This document shows, one piece after another, positions 26,852-36,483 of a stretch of 64,000 nucleotides of DNA. How positions within the stretch are numbered: position 1 is the stretch's first letter; each line of letters starts with the position of its first letter. The position numbers and the translations under genes were made by a program. The stretch covers positions 256,001-320,000 of the forward strand of contig OY762492.1 of the NCBI GenBank assembly GCA_963665845.2, written 5' to 3'. The DNA is from Candidatus Poribacteria bacterium. Lineage in GTDB: Bacteria > Poribacteria > WGA-4E > GCA-2687025. The notes under the pieces are model-generated. The model had not been told where the DNA came from. It did no database searches and saw only the letters and a program-made list of their open reading frames with translations.

Positions 26852-28618
26852 TCATTTATCCTCTATCGTTCGGATATGCACCTCGTCCAGCTGCTCCGGG
26901 TCGACAGGGGTAGGCGCGCCCGTTAGGGGAGAAACGCCTGCCTGCGTCTTCGGAAACGGAATCACCTCGCGGATGGACGACTCGCCTGTCAAGAGCATGA
27001 TGATGCGGTCCAAGCCGCTTGCGATGCCCCCGTGCGGCGGCGCGCCGTATTTGAGCGCGTCCAGCAAAAAGCCGAACTTGATGCGCTGTTCCTCCTCGCT
27101 GATCTGGAGCAGGTCGAAGATGCGCTCCTGAACCTCGCGTTGATGAATTCGGATGCTGCCGCCCCAGACCTCCTGTCCGTTGACGGCGAGATCGTGCTGA
27201 AGCGAACGCGCCTTGGACGGATCCTTGTCCAGAAAATGCAGATCGTCCGGATGCGGCGAGGTGAACGGGTGATGGAGCGGATTCCATCGATGCTCCTCGT
27301 CGTTCCACTCGACCAAAGGAAAGTCGACGATCCAAACAAACTCGTACCGATTTGGGTCCGCCTGACCCAGCCGTTTTGCCAGCTCCACGCGCAGATCGCC
27401 CAGCGCCTGATGTACCACTTTCGGCTGATCCGCCACAAAGAGCAGCAGGTCTCCGTCCTGCGCTTCCATGCGCCGCGCGAGACTGTCCAGGCTTTCTTCG
27501 CTGAAGAAGCGCGCGATGGGCGACTCCAGTTTTCCGTCGACGCAGCGCATCCATGCCAGCCCTTTGGCGCCCCGCTGTCCGACAAAGGCGGTCAGCTGAT
27601 CAATCTCCCGGCGCGAGAAGGAACCGGCGCCCTCCGCCCGCAAACCCTTCGTCATGCCGCCGCTTTCCAGCGCCGACCTGAAAACGCGAAACTCGGAGCT
27701 TTCCGCTTCAGGCGCGATGTCGACAAGGGGCATGCCGTAACGCAGGTCGGGCTTGTCGGAGCCGTAGTTCGTCATCGCCTCCGCATACGGCATGCGTTGA
27801 AACGGCGTCGGAATCTCCACATCAATGAGCCGCCACAGCTTCGCCATGAGGCTTTCCACCGTTTCAAAAATGTCCTCCTGCGTTGCGAACGACATCTCGA
27901 CGTCAATCTGCGTGAACTCAAGCTGGCGGTTCGCGCGCGCCGATTCGTCGCGGAAGCATCGCACAATCTGAAAGTATCTGTCCATGCCGGCGACCATGAG
28001 CAGCTGTTTGAACAGCTGCGGGCTTTGGGGCAGGGCGTAAAAATGCCCCGCTTGCAGTCGGCTTGGGACGAGAAAATCGCGCGCGCCTTCGGGCGTGCTT
28101 TTGGTGAGAAACGGCGTTTCGATCTCAAGAAAACCCAGCTCGTCAAAATGCCGGCGGATGACTTGACACGCCTGATGGCGAAGCCGTATGTTGCGCGCCG
28201 CCCGCGGCATCCGCATGTCCAAATACCGGTATTGCAGCCGCGTGTCCGGGTCCACATTGGCGTCCTCGTCGATGGCGAAGGGGGGCGTTTCCGCCTCGTT
28301 CAGTATCTCCAAGTTGTCAACGGCGAGTTCGATCTCCCCAGTCGCCAGCTTCGGATTGACCGCGCCTTCAAGACGGCGGCGCACCGAGCCTTCGATTTTG
28401 AGAACGTACTCGCTCCGCACCTTTGCCGCCTCTTCATGCGCGGTTTCATCGATGGCGGGGTCTAAAACCAGCTGGACGACGCCTGTTCGGTCGCGCAGGT
28501 CGATAAAGATGCATCCGCCGTGGTCGCGCCGTTTTGCCGCCCAGCCTGTCAGGGTCTGGCGGGTTCCTTCATGTTCGGCTCTCAGATCTCCGCAGTAAGA
28601 GGTTCTGTAGGTTGGCAT
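26852..28618 (-). CDS. aspS: Aspartate--tRNA ligase
   Basis: RDHGG, STPEGARDF, LPQSPQLFKQ, HHPFT, GAPPHGG. Confidence 0.98.
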   Translation of the reverse strand: MPTYRTSYCGDLRAEHEGTRQTLTGWAAKRRDHGGCIFIDLRDRTGVVQLVLDPAIDETAHEEAAKVRSEYVLKIEGSVRRRLEGAVNPKLATGEIELAVDNLEILNEAETPPFAIDEDANVDPDTRLQYRYLDMRMPRAARNIRLRHQACQVIRRHFDELGFLEIETPFLTKSTPEGARDFLVPSRLQAGHFYALPQSPQLFKQLLMVAGMDRYFQIVRCFRDESARANRQLEFTQIDVEMSFATQEDIFETVESLMAKLWRLIDVEIPTPFQRMPYAEAMTNYGSDKPDLRYGMPLVDIAPEAESSEFRVFRSALESGGMTKGLRAEGAGSFSRREIDQLTAFVGQRGAKGLAWMRCVDGKLESPIARFFSEESLDSLARRMEAQDGDLLLFVADQPKVVHQALGDLRVELAKRLGQADPNRYEFVWIVDFPLVEWNDEEHRWNPLHHPFTSPHPDDLHFLDKDPSKARSLQHDLAVNGQEVWGGSIRIHQREVQERIFDLLQISEEEQRIKFGFLLDALKYGAPPHGGIASGLDRIIMLLTGESSIREVIPFPKTQAGVSPLTGAPTPVDPEQLDEVHIRTIEDK

Positions 28619-28630
28619 GCGTGTCGCCTC

Positions 28631-29899
28631 CTAGGTGTTTGTCGGAACGGATTGCCGCAGTGTCGCGGCTGTTTCGTTGAGCGGGGCGCTTTCTTGGGTT
28701 CCGTCGCTCATCTTTTTGAGAGTCGCTTCGCCGCGCGCCAGCTCGTCCTCGCCGAGGATGACCGCGTAATGGGCGTTGAGGCGGTCTGCCGTTCGGAGCT
28801 GGGAGCGCATGCCTCTGCCTTGATAGTCCATATCGGCGCTTAAGCCTGCCCGGCGAATTTCGTTCAAGAGGGCGAAGGCGCTTGGTCTCGATTCCTCGCC
28901 GAGGGCGACGACCCAGACCTGTATGGACGGGGACGTTTCGTCGGGGGAGTCCTGGGCGGACATGGCTAAGGCGAGGCGGTCGATGCCGGCGGCAAAACCG
29001 ATGCCAGGGGTCGATTTTCCGCCCAGCTGTTCAATGAGTCCGTTATACCGCCCGCCGCCGACAACCACATCCTGCGCGCCGAGTCCTTCAGCCGATATTT
29101 CAAAGACGGTTCCGGTGTAGTAGTCCAAACCGCGCACGATGCGCGGGTCCAGTTCATACTCGACCCCGACGGCGTCCAGCGCGTTTTGAACGGCGTCCAG
29201 ATGCGCGCGCGATTCATCGGACAGAAAATTCAGAATGCTCGGCGCGTTTTCTAGCATGCGTTTTGTGTTCGGGTCTTTGCTGTCCAGAAGGCGCAGCGCG
29301 TTGCGTTCAAACCGCGCCTTGTCCTGCGGTCCGAGATCGTCAAAATGCGGCTGTAGATGCTGTTTGAGCGCGTCGGCGTACGTATGTCGTTCGCCGCTTC
29401 CGACGCTGTTGATACGTATGCGTACGGGCGCAATGTTCAGTTCGTCTAAAAAGAGTTGAGCGCACAGGATCGTTTCAGCGTCCATGAGCGGATCGTTGGA
29501 GCCGAACGATTCGATGCCTGTTTGCCAGAATTCGCGGTACCGCCCCGCCTGCGGGCGTTCATATCGGAACATGGGGCCGGTGTAGTAAAACTTGCGCGCT
29601 TCGCCGCGGGAGAGGAGTCTGTTTTCGAGGGCGGCGCGGGCGGTTCCGGCGGTGCCTTCAGGGCGCAGGGTCAGGTCGCGTCCGCCGCGGTCCTTAAACG
29701 TATACATTTCTTTTGAGACGATGTCAGTCTCTTCGCCGACGCTGCGGATAAACAGCTCGGCGCGTTCAAAAATGGGGGTTCGGATTGGCTCATACCCGAA
29801 CCGTTCAAAGACGCCGCTTGCCGCGTTTTCGATGCGCAGAAAGGCGCGCATCGTTTCGTCTAGCATGTCTCGCGTCCCGCGGGGGCGTGGAATGTTCAT
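28631..29899 (-). CDS. hisS: Histidine--tRNA ligase
   Basis: PRGTRD, LRPEGTA, FRYERPQAGRYR, RGLDYY, GGGRY. Confidence 0.98.
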   Translation of the reverse strand: MNIPRPRGTRDMLDETMRAFLRIENAASGVFERFGYEPIRTPIFERAELFIRSVGEETDIVSKEMYTFKDRGGRDLTLRPEGTAGTARAALENRLLSRGEARKFYYTGPMFRYERPQAGRYREFWQTGIESFGSNDPLMDAETILCAQLFLDELNIAPVRIRINSVGSGERHTYADALKQHLQPHFDDLGPQDKARFERNALRLLDSKDPNTKRMLENAPSILNFLSDESRAHLDAVQNALDAVGVEYELDPRIVRGLDYYTGTVFEISAEGLGAQDVVVGGGRYNGLIEQLGGKSTPGIGFAAGIDRLALAMSAQDSPDETSPSIQVWVVALGEESRPSAFALLNEIRRAGLSADMDYQGRGMRSQLRTADRLNAHYAVILGEDELARGEATLKKMSDGTQESAPLNETAATLRQSVPTNT

Positions 29900-29966
29900 G
29901 AACCGATTCCCCAATGTATGCATGAAAATCATAGACAGAGCGGCGGCGGATGTCCATATTTTTTGA

Positions 29967-30061
29967 CTGACCTTACGTCTTTAGTTGGGACATGCCGACA
30001 GGCGCCGCAGAAACCGTTCGCGTTCCCCAGGCGGCATGTCCCAGCTGATGACGTAAGTCAG
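29967..30061. mobile_element. MITE-like element made of two inverted module B ends
   Basis: ctgaccttacgtctttagttgggacatgccg ... cggcatgtcccagctgatgacgtaagtcag; no target duplication seen. Confidence 0.6.
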
Positions 30062-30114
30062 CTTCTATGGTATGCTGACGGCGCGGCGAGTTGAAAATCG
30101 GGAGGATGTTGAAG

Positions 30115-30786
30115 ATGTGCGGGAGGTTTGCCCTTGAATCGGACGCCATGTTTCTACAGCGTCTCCTTGATCTACGGGGCGGCGTCAACCTGGACATGGA
30201 CCTGAAGCCCCGCTACAACATTGCGCCGTCGCAGCCGATAGCGGCTGTCGGGAGCGGCAGGGCGTTCATGGCGCGCTGGGGGTTGATACCGCGCTGGGCG
30301 TCCGACGCGCGCATCGGACGCGGCATGTTCAACGCGCGCGCCGAAACGCTGTTTGACAAGCCCTCATTCCGAGAATCTGCCCGTCGCCGACGCTGCATCG
30401 TACCCATGACCGGCTATTATGAATGGAGCGAAACGCCCGGCGGAAAACAGCCCTATTTCATCCGAAGAGCCGACCGCCAAACCGCCGCGGCGGCCGGCAT
30501 TTGGGACGAATGGCAGGGCAAAGAATCATGCGCCGTCATCACAACTGAAGCGAACGCGGCGGTACAGGGGATTCACCGCCGCATGCCTGTCCTTCTTGAA
30601 GAGGAGCATTGGGCTATGTGGCTGAACGGATCGGCGGAGGAGCCGTCGCTGCTGCGCCCGCTGCTGAAACCGAGCGGCGCGGATCTGGAGGCGTACCCGG
30701 TGAGCAGGCGCGTCAACAGCCCCGCCAACGACATGCGCGAATGCATGGCGCCTGTCGACGAATCTGACCAGGGCGGGCTGTTTTAA
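30115..30786 (+). CDS. SOS response-associated peptidase (SRAP/HMCES/YedK family)
   Basis: MCGRF N-terminus, RYNIAPSQ, FNARAET, IH.RMP. Confidence 0.95.
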   Translation: MCGRFALESDAMFLQRLLDLRGGVNLDMDLKPRYNIAPSQPIAAVGSGRAFMARWGLIPRWASDARIGRGMFNARAETLFDKPSFRESARRRRCIVPMTGYYEWSETPGGKQPYFIRRADRQTAAAAGIWDEWQGKESCAVITTEANAAVQGIHRRMPVLLEEEHWAMWLNGSAEEPSLLRPLLKPSGADLEAYPVSRRVNSPANDMRECMAPVDESDQGGLF

Positions 30787-30822
30787 CAGCGCCAGACGAG
30801 AAAGCGGTGTATCATCTTAAAA

Positions 30823-31210
30823 GGCGGGAGTCGTTCAGACGGCCGCGTCCGCCTGTTTTATCGGGCGGATGAGGAAAGTCCGGACACCAAGGACAAGGGC
30901 GCTGGGTAACGCCCAGGGAGAGCGATCTCACAGACAGCGCAACAGAGAGCAGACCGCCGATGGACCCGAAAGGGTATCAGGCAAGGGTGAAACGGTGGGG
31001 TAAGAGCCTACCAGCAGGCGCGGCGACGCGCTTGGCTCGGCAAGCCTCGCCCGGTGCAAGACCGAATAGAGGGGCGATTGACTGTCCTGCCAGCCCCCGG
31101 GTTAGGTCGCAAGAGGCGCCGCAGCAATGCGCGCCCCAGATGAATGGCCGCCGCCCGCAGGCGCGAAAGCAAACGCGGGAACAGAATCCGGCTTACGACC
31201 GGCTCCCGCC
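30823..31210 (+). ncRNA. rnpB: RNase P RNA (type A)
   Basis: GAGGAAAGTCC, GGGTGAAACGGTGGGGTAAGAGCC and ACAGAATCCGGCTTA signatures; GGCGGGAG/CTCCCGCC closing stem. Confidence 0.97.
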
Positions 31211-31294
31211 CATCAACCGCGCGAAACGGAGCGTCGAATGAAACAGAAAACGCATAGAGCAGGCAACGAAAGAACAGAGCGGAAAACACATATC

Positions 31295-32491
31295 ATGAAA
31301 ACGCCCGCCGACATCTCCCCCTCCATGTTCAAAACCGCATGCATGGCTGCCGCCGGTCTCTTTCTGCTGGCGGCAGCGCTCCCCGACGCGCGCGCCCAGA
31401 ATGTCTCCATCTTCGACTACAAACCGCCCGTCAGCCGCGCCAGAAGCCTCTTCTTCGACCTTCGCTACGATTACGAACGGGACGACGGAACGGCGCTCGC
31501 CAACGACGGCGACATCAGCTTCAACTACAGCCGCTTTTATGAATCGCTGCCCTTCGCATACTCCATTGACGCGGACGGCGTCTGGTCGCGCGCGCTTCTA
31601 GAAAACAGCGCCTCCATCTACTATTCGGCGGCGGCGGAAGGGCGCGTCAAAAAATATGTCTGGGATGAAGAGAAGCTGTTCGGCTCCGTTAGCCTCAACG
31701 CCGACTACCGAAAAGCGTTCGACCGCCCCGCCTCCAGCGTTACCGCCGGCATCGGATGGGGAAGGTTCATCAACGCGACGGCGCTGCGCAAGGCTGAACG
31801 CATCGACGCTTTTTTCTCTGAAGAGGAGGTTACCGAACGCAGACTGCCCGCCGAAACGCTCCTGGAAATGGCGGCGGTTATCGAACGGCAGCGCGAGTAT
31901 GTCCAGCGGTTCGGCGACGACACGTACACGAAATACTGGTTCGACGATCTCGAAACGATTGTCCAAAATTCAGGCTACCTGCGCAGAGAAACGATCGGCG
32001 CCAGCGGCGCCCTGCGCATGAGCGAGGCGCTGTACCGCGAAAATATCGGCGAGAGGTATTACGGCTACGACGCCACCCTCGGCCTGCGCTACACCTTGAC
32101 GCAATCCGACGCGGACGCCGACCGCCCCGCCCCCGCCGCCGATCTGTCCGCGCGGTACGCCCGCCCGATCTCATGGAGCTCGCAGATCGAGGGGCGCGCC
32201 GCATGGGCAAGCCCGCTGGACGGCGATTTTGGATCCGCCTACCGCCTCACCGCGTCCGCGGGCTATCTCTACGAGGCGATGAACCGCATCGACTTTCGAC
32301 TCGACTACAGGCTTGACATGGAGCGGTTTGCGGACGAGGGCGACACGGTGGTGTCGCACACGGCGACCCCCTCTTTTTTGTTTTATATTGAAAACGAAGT
32401 GCGTTTGCTTGTCGGCATGACGCTTCTCCGCGCGGACGGAAAGCCATGGCGGCGCGAATTGACGCTGACGTTGAACTTCAAAGCGTTGTGA
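31295..32491 (+). CDS. Hypothetical secreted, probably outer-membrane beta-barrel protein
   Basis: Signal peptide ending ARA-Q; alternating aromatic beta-strand pattern; start uncertain. Confidence 0.7.
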   Translation: MKTPADISPSMFKTACMAAAGLFLLAAALPDARAQNVSIFDYKPPVSRARSLFFDLRYDYERDDGTALANDGDISFNYSRFYESLPFAYSIDADGVWSRALLENSASIYYSAAAEGRVKKYVWDEEKLFGSVSLNADYRKAFDRPASSVTAGIGWGRFINATALRKAERIDAFFSEEEVTERRLPAETLLEMAAVIERQREYVQRFGDDTYTKYWFDDLETIVQNSGYLRRETIGASGALRMSEALYRENIGERYYGYDATLGLRYTLTQSDADADRPAPAADLSARYARPISWSSQIEGRAAWASPLDGDFGSAYRLTASAGYLYEAMNRIDFRLDYRLDMERFADEGDTVVSHTATPSFLFYIENEVRLLVGMTLLRADGKPWRRELTLTLNFKAL

Positions 32492-32507
32492 GAATCGGAG
32501 GCATGCG

Positions 32508-33083
32508 GTGTTGAAATGGAAGCGGTGGGCGGCGGTCGGCGCTCTCGCGGCGGCAGGGATTGCATGGGGACTCGCGCAGCTGGAGGCGCAAGATACGGAG
32601 GAGCAGATCGCGCGCGGAAAGTATCTGGCGGAGACGGTCGCCGCCTGCGGACATTGCCACACGCCCCGCAAAGGAGCGGAGCCTGATATGACGCGGCATC
32701 TGTCGGGGCATCCCGCCTCGGCTCCCGCGCCGAAAAGCGCCGCGGTTGATCTCATCATGAAGGAAGGGATCTTTATCTCTATTTCGCCGACGATGACCTC
32801 TTTCAGCGGTCCATGGGGCGTCTCCTTCGCCACCAATCTCACCCCCGACAAAGAGACGGGGCTGGGCGCATGGACGGAAGAGCAGTTCATCAGCGCCATG
32901 CGCAGCGGCAAGCATCAAGGCGAACCTGACGGACGCGCCATCCTCCCCCCAATGCCCTGGAAACATTACCAGTCCATGTCGCAGCAGGACATGGAAGACA
33001 TGTGGGCGTACTTTCAGTCGCTCAAGCCGATACGCAACGCCGTGCCGAAAGCGCGCAACCAGCTCGGCAACCCGCTGGATTGA
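32508..33083 (+). CDS. Secreted c-type cytochrome
   Basis: RGKYL...CGHCHTP, NLTPD.ETGLG.W, PPMPW. Confidence 0.9.
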   Translation: MLKWKRWAAVGALAAAGIAWGLAQLEAQDTEEQIARGKYLAETVAACGHCHTPRKGAEPDMTRHLSGHPASAPAPKSAAVDLIMKEGIFISISPTMTSFSGPWGVSFATNLTPDKETGLGAWTEEQFISAMRSGKHQGEPDGRAILPPMPWKHYQSMSQQDMEDMWAYFQSLKPIRNAVPKARNQLGNPLD

Positions 33084-33087
33084 CGGG

Positions 33088-34251
33088 ATGAAAACCGCCA
33101 TGCGCCCCCTCGCGTCCGGTTCCTCCAGCATGCCGATTTCAGGCATTCGGCTCATCATGGACATGGCGTCCAAGATTCCGGGCGCCATACGGATGGAGGC
33201 GGGGCAGCCGAATTTTCCGACGCCGCCGCATATCATTGAGGCGGCGCATCAAGCCGCCCTGGACGGATACACCGCCTACACGCCGAACGCGGGTCTAGAC
33301 TCTCTGCGCGAGCTGTGCGCCGAGAAGGTCAGGCGGGAAAACCAGATCGATGCGCAGGCGGAGAACATCGTTGTCACGGTCGGGTCTGAAGGCGCCGTCG
33401 CCAGCGCTTTTGTCGCCGTTGTGGAAAAGGGCGATCAGGTTCTGATACCGGAACCTGGCTGGACAAACTACGCGATGCTGACGCGCGCCCGCGGCGCGGA
33501 GCCTATCCCGTATCTGCTGCGCGAGGAGGACAATTTCATTCCCGATCTAGAGGCGGCGGAAGCGCTGGTCACGCCAAGAACAAAAATGCTGGTCGTCAAC
33601 ACCCCCGCCAACCCGACGGGAGCCGTCTATTCTGAAGAGACGGCGCGCGGGCTGGTAGAACTGGCGAACAGGCGCAACCTGTACCTGCTTTCGGACGAGG
33701 CGTACGAGAAGTTGACCTTTCAAGGCGCGCGCCATGTCAGCCCCGCCCGCTTCGATGAGGAGGGGAGGGTCGTCTCCGCTTTCAGCTTTTCCAAAACCTA
33801 CGCGATGACCGGCTGGCGCGTCGGTTTCGCGGTCGCAAGCGGCGACACGGCGCGGCTCATGGTCAGGCTTCAGGAGCCGTACTATTCTTGCGCGCCGTCC
33901 ATCTCGCAAAAGGCGGCGGAAGCGGCTCTGTTGGGTCCGCAGGAGCCTGTGCGCAAGATGATCAAAGCGTATGCCCGACGCCAGCGCGTTGTCTTCGATA
34001 CGCTGCGCTTCGCCATGGGCGCGCATTATGAACCGAACGGAGCGTTCTATCTCCTTGTCAACATTGCCGACACAGGCATGGACTCCTTCTCCTTTGCGCA
34101 GGCGCTTCTGCGGGAGACCGGCGTCGCAACGGCTCCCGGCGCCACCTTCGGAGAGGCGGCGGACAAGTATGTTCGGCTCTCCGTCGCCGCTTCAGACCAG
34201 GATTGCGCCGAGGGCGCAAAACGCCTGCGCGAATATCTAACCGCCTCATGA
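33088..34251 (+). CDS. Class I/II PLP-dependent aminotransferase
   Basis: GQPNF.TP, NTPANPTG, SDEAY, SFSKTYAMTGWRVG. Confidence 0.95.
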   Translation: MKTAMRPLASGSSSMPISGIRLIMDMASKIPGAIRMEAGQPNFPTPPHIIEAAHQAALDGYTAYTPNAGLDSLRELCAEKVRRENQIDAQAENIVVTVGSEGAVASAFVAVVEKGDQVLIPEPGWTNYAMLTRARGAEPIPYLLREEDNFIPDLEAAEALVTPRTKMLVVNTPANPTGAVYSEETARGLVELANRRNLYLLSDEAYEKLTFQGARHVSPARFDEEGRVVSAFSFSKTYAMTGWRVGFAVASGDTARLMVRLQEPYYSCAPSISQKAAEAALLGPQEPVRKMIKAYARRQRVVFDTLRFAMGAHYEPNGAFYLLVNIADTGMDSFSFAQALLRETGVATAPGATFGEAADKYVRLSVAASDQDCAEGAKRLREYLTAS

Positions 34252-35393
34252 GGCTGTTTATTTCAGCGGGGGAACCGAGCGGAGATATGTACGGAGCCGC
34301 GCTTGTGAATCATCTGCGCCGGCTGAAACCGCAACTGGAGCCGTTCGGGATGGGCGGGGAGCAGATGAAAGCGGCGGGCGTTCAGTTGAGGGTCGAGATC
34401 GGCGCGTCGTCTGTGATGGGGCTGTCCGAGGTAGCTGGACAGCTGCCCGCATTTTTTCGGAAACGGCGCCGACTCAAGCGCGCGTTAAAACAGAACCCGC
34501 CGGACGCCGCCGTCTTCATCGACTTTCCCGACTTCCATGCTGGCTTGTTAGAATTTGCGTCTCGGCGCGGCATATCGACCGTCGCTTTCATTCCGCCTAA
34601 AGCATGGGCATGGCGCCCGAAGCGCGCGCGGCGTTACGCGCGGGCGGCGTCTCTGGTCGTTTGCGTTCTTCCGTTCGCCGCCGATTTTTACGCGAAAGCC
34701 GGCGCGAATGTTCAATACGCGGGACATCCGCTCATCGGCATTCTCGCCGAAACGAAGGCGTTGACCCGAAACGAAGCGAAACGAAGAATCGGCGCGGACG
34801 AGAAGGCGCCGCTGCTGGCGATTTTGCCGGGCAGCCGCGTCAAAGAAATCGCCGGTTTGGCGGGTGAGATGATCGGAGCCGTTCGCATTCTGCGCGAGAG
34901 AATGCCGTCTCTCAACGCGCTCGCGGCGCTGCCTGAGTCGCTGCCTGAAAGCGCCGACGCCGCGTTTCCGCCGGATTTGCCTGTTCTGCGGGGGCGTTCA
35001 TGGGAGCTGCTGCGCGCGGCGGACGCGGCGCTGGTGAAATCCGGCACCGCGACGCTGGAAGCCGCTCTCATGGAAACGCCGATGGTCGTCGCATACCGCC
35101 TCTCCGCGTTCACCTACGCCGCGGCGCGCCGTCTGTCAAGCGTTCGCTTTTCGGCGCTGCCAAACCTGCTTCTGAACCGCGAAGTATGTCCAGAGCTGTA
35201 CCAAGAAAACGCGGCGGCTGCGCAGTTTGCCGAGGCGGTTTTTCCTCTTTTAAAAAAAGAGGGACCGGAACGCGCCGCGCAAATCCAGGCGTTTCAAGAG
35301 GCGGCAGCGCAGCTCGGCGACGAAAAGGCGATGGAGCGCATCGCGCGCTTGATTTTAAAAACGGCGGACAGATCGGAGCCTCCGCATGGTTGA
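34248..35393 (+). CDS. lpxB: Lipid-A-disaccharide synthase
   Basis: AGEPSGD, IDFPDF, WAWR, LPGSR, SGTATLE. Confidence 0.93.
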   Translation: MRLFISAGEPSGDMYGAALVNHLRRLKPQLEPFGMGGEQMKAAGVQLRVEIGASSVMGLSEVAGQLPAFFRKRRRLKRALKQNPPDAAVFIDFPDFHAGLLEFASRRGISTVAFIPPKAWAWRPKRARRYARAASLVVCVLPFAADFYAKAGANVQYAGHPLIGILAETKALTRNEAKRRIGADEKAPLLAILPGSRVKEIAGLAGEMIGAVRILRERMPSLNALAALPESLPESADAAFPPDLPVLRGRSWELLRAADAALVKSGTATLEAALMETPMVVAYRLSAFTYAAARRLSSVRFSALPNLLLNREVCPELYQENAAAAQFAEAVFPLLKKEGPERAAQIQAFQEAAAQLGDEKAMERIARLILKTADRSEPPHG

Positions 35394-36483
35394 AACGCTG
35401 CCGCCGATAGCCCGATGGTTCGCGCCGCTGGAGCCGCTTGTCGCCGCGGCGGGCGCATGGCGGCGAGAGTTTTACCGCGGACGGGGCGCCGCGCGCGTCA
35501 TACGCCTGCCGATTCCGGTCGTGTCGATCGGCAATCTTGCGATCGGAGGCGCGGGGAAAACGCCGATGGTTGAAACGATTGTGGAGCATTTGACGCGGTC
35601 GGGATTTGCGCCAGGCGTCGTCATGGGCGCCTACAAAGCGCGCCCGCCCCTTCAACCGACCGAGAACGGAACCTTCTGGCGCCGAAGCCTCCGCTGGGCG
35701 TTCGTCTCGGACGGGGAAAATATCTATGCGGATGTCGAAACGGCGGGGGACGAGGCGATTATGTTCGCCTTGAAACATCCCGCTGTCCCTCTAGCCGCGG
35801 GCAAGGACAAGGCGCGCACGGCGCTGGAGCTCGCGTCCGAATTTCCGTTGGACGCGGTCGTTCTGGACGACGGCTTTCAAAGTTTGCGTCTGGCGCGCGA
35901 CCTGAACATCGTCCTGCTGGACGCGGCGCGCCCCCTTGACAACGGACGGACGCTCCCCGCCGGCTTGCTGCGGGAACGTCCAGAGGCGCTGGCGGACGCG
36001 GACATCGCCGTTTTGGTTGAGGGAGAAGAATCGGCTGAAGAAGACAGCGAAGCGGCAATCCGCCCGTATCTGAAATCGACGGCTCCTGTCCTCCGGGCGC
36101 GGCGCGTTCCATACGGCTTGACAAGCGGCGGCGGAGAGAGCCTCCCGTTGAGCGACCTGAACGGCGCCGAAATACTGGGCGTGTGCGGCATCGGCAACCC
36201 GCGCCAGTATGAAGCCATGCTGCGAAGCCTCGGCGCGCGCGTGGAGATGATGCCGTTCCCCGATCACCGCCGATACGGCGCGCGCGACTGGGACGCCATC
36301 GAACGCGCCGCCGGCGGACGAACCGTCGTCGCCACCGCAAAAGACGCTGTCAAATGGGAAGATTTCCCCCCCTTTCCCTACCTGACGCTGAACATTCGCA
36401 TGGAATTGGACGCGCCGCTGGACGACCTTCTCAACAGCGCCTTGAAAAAAGCCGCGCCGCTAAATCCGAAAGCGAATCGGTGA
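35386..36483 (+). CDS. lpxK: Tetraacyldisaccharide 4'-kinase
   Basis: SIGNL..GGAGKTP, GDE, LDDGFQ, PAG.LRE, FPDH. Confidence 0.93.
   Translation: MVETLPPIARWFAPLEPLVAAAGAWRREFYRGRGAARVIRLPIPVVSIGNLAIGGAGKTPMVETIVEHLTRSGFAPGVVMGAYKARPPLQPTENGTFWRRSLRWAFVSDGENIYADVETAGDEAIMFALKHPAVPLAAGKDKARTALELASEFPLDAVVLDDGFQSLRLARDLNIVLLDAARPLDNGRTLPAGLLRERPEALADADIAVLVEGEESAEEDSEAAIRPYLKSTAPVLRARRVPYGLTSGGGESLPLSDLNGAEILGVCGIGNPRQYEAMLRSLGARVEMMPFPDHRRYGARDWDAIERAAGGRTVVATAKDAVKWEDFPPFPYLTLNIRMELDAPLDDLLNSALKKAAPLNPKANR

Noticed and set aside
27032-28465. Long antisense ORFs here and elsewhere (24912-26009, 49474-50682, 14890-15780)
   Set aside because: Shadow frames of well-supported genes in GC-rich DNA, with no recognisable motifs.
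31127-31294. N-terminal extension of the barrel-like ORF and ORF 30960-31241
   Set aside because: They overlap the RNase P RNA.
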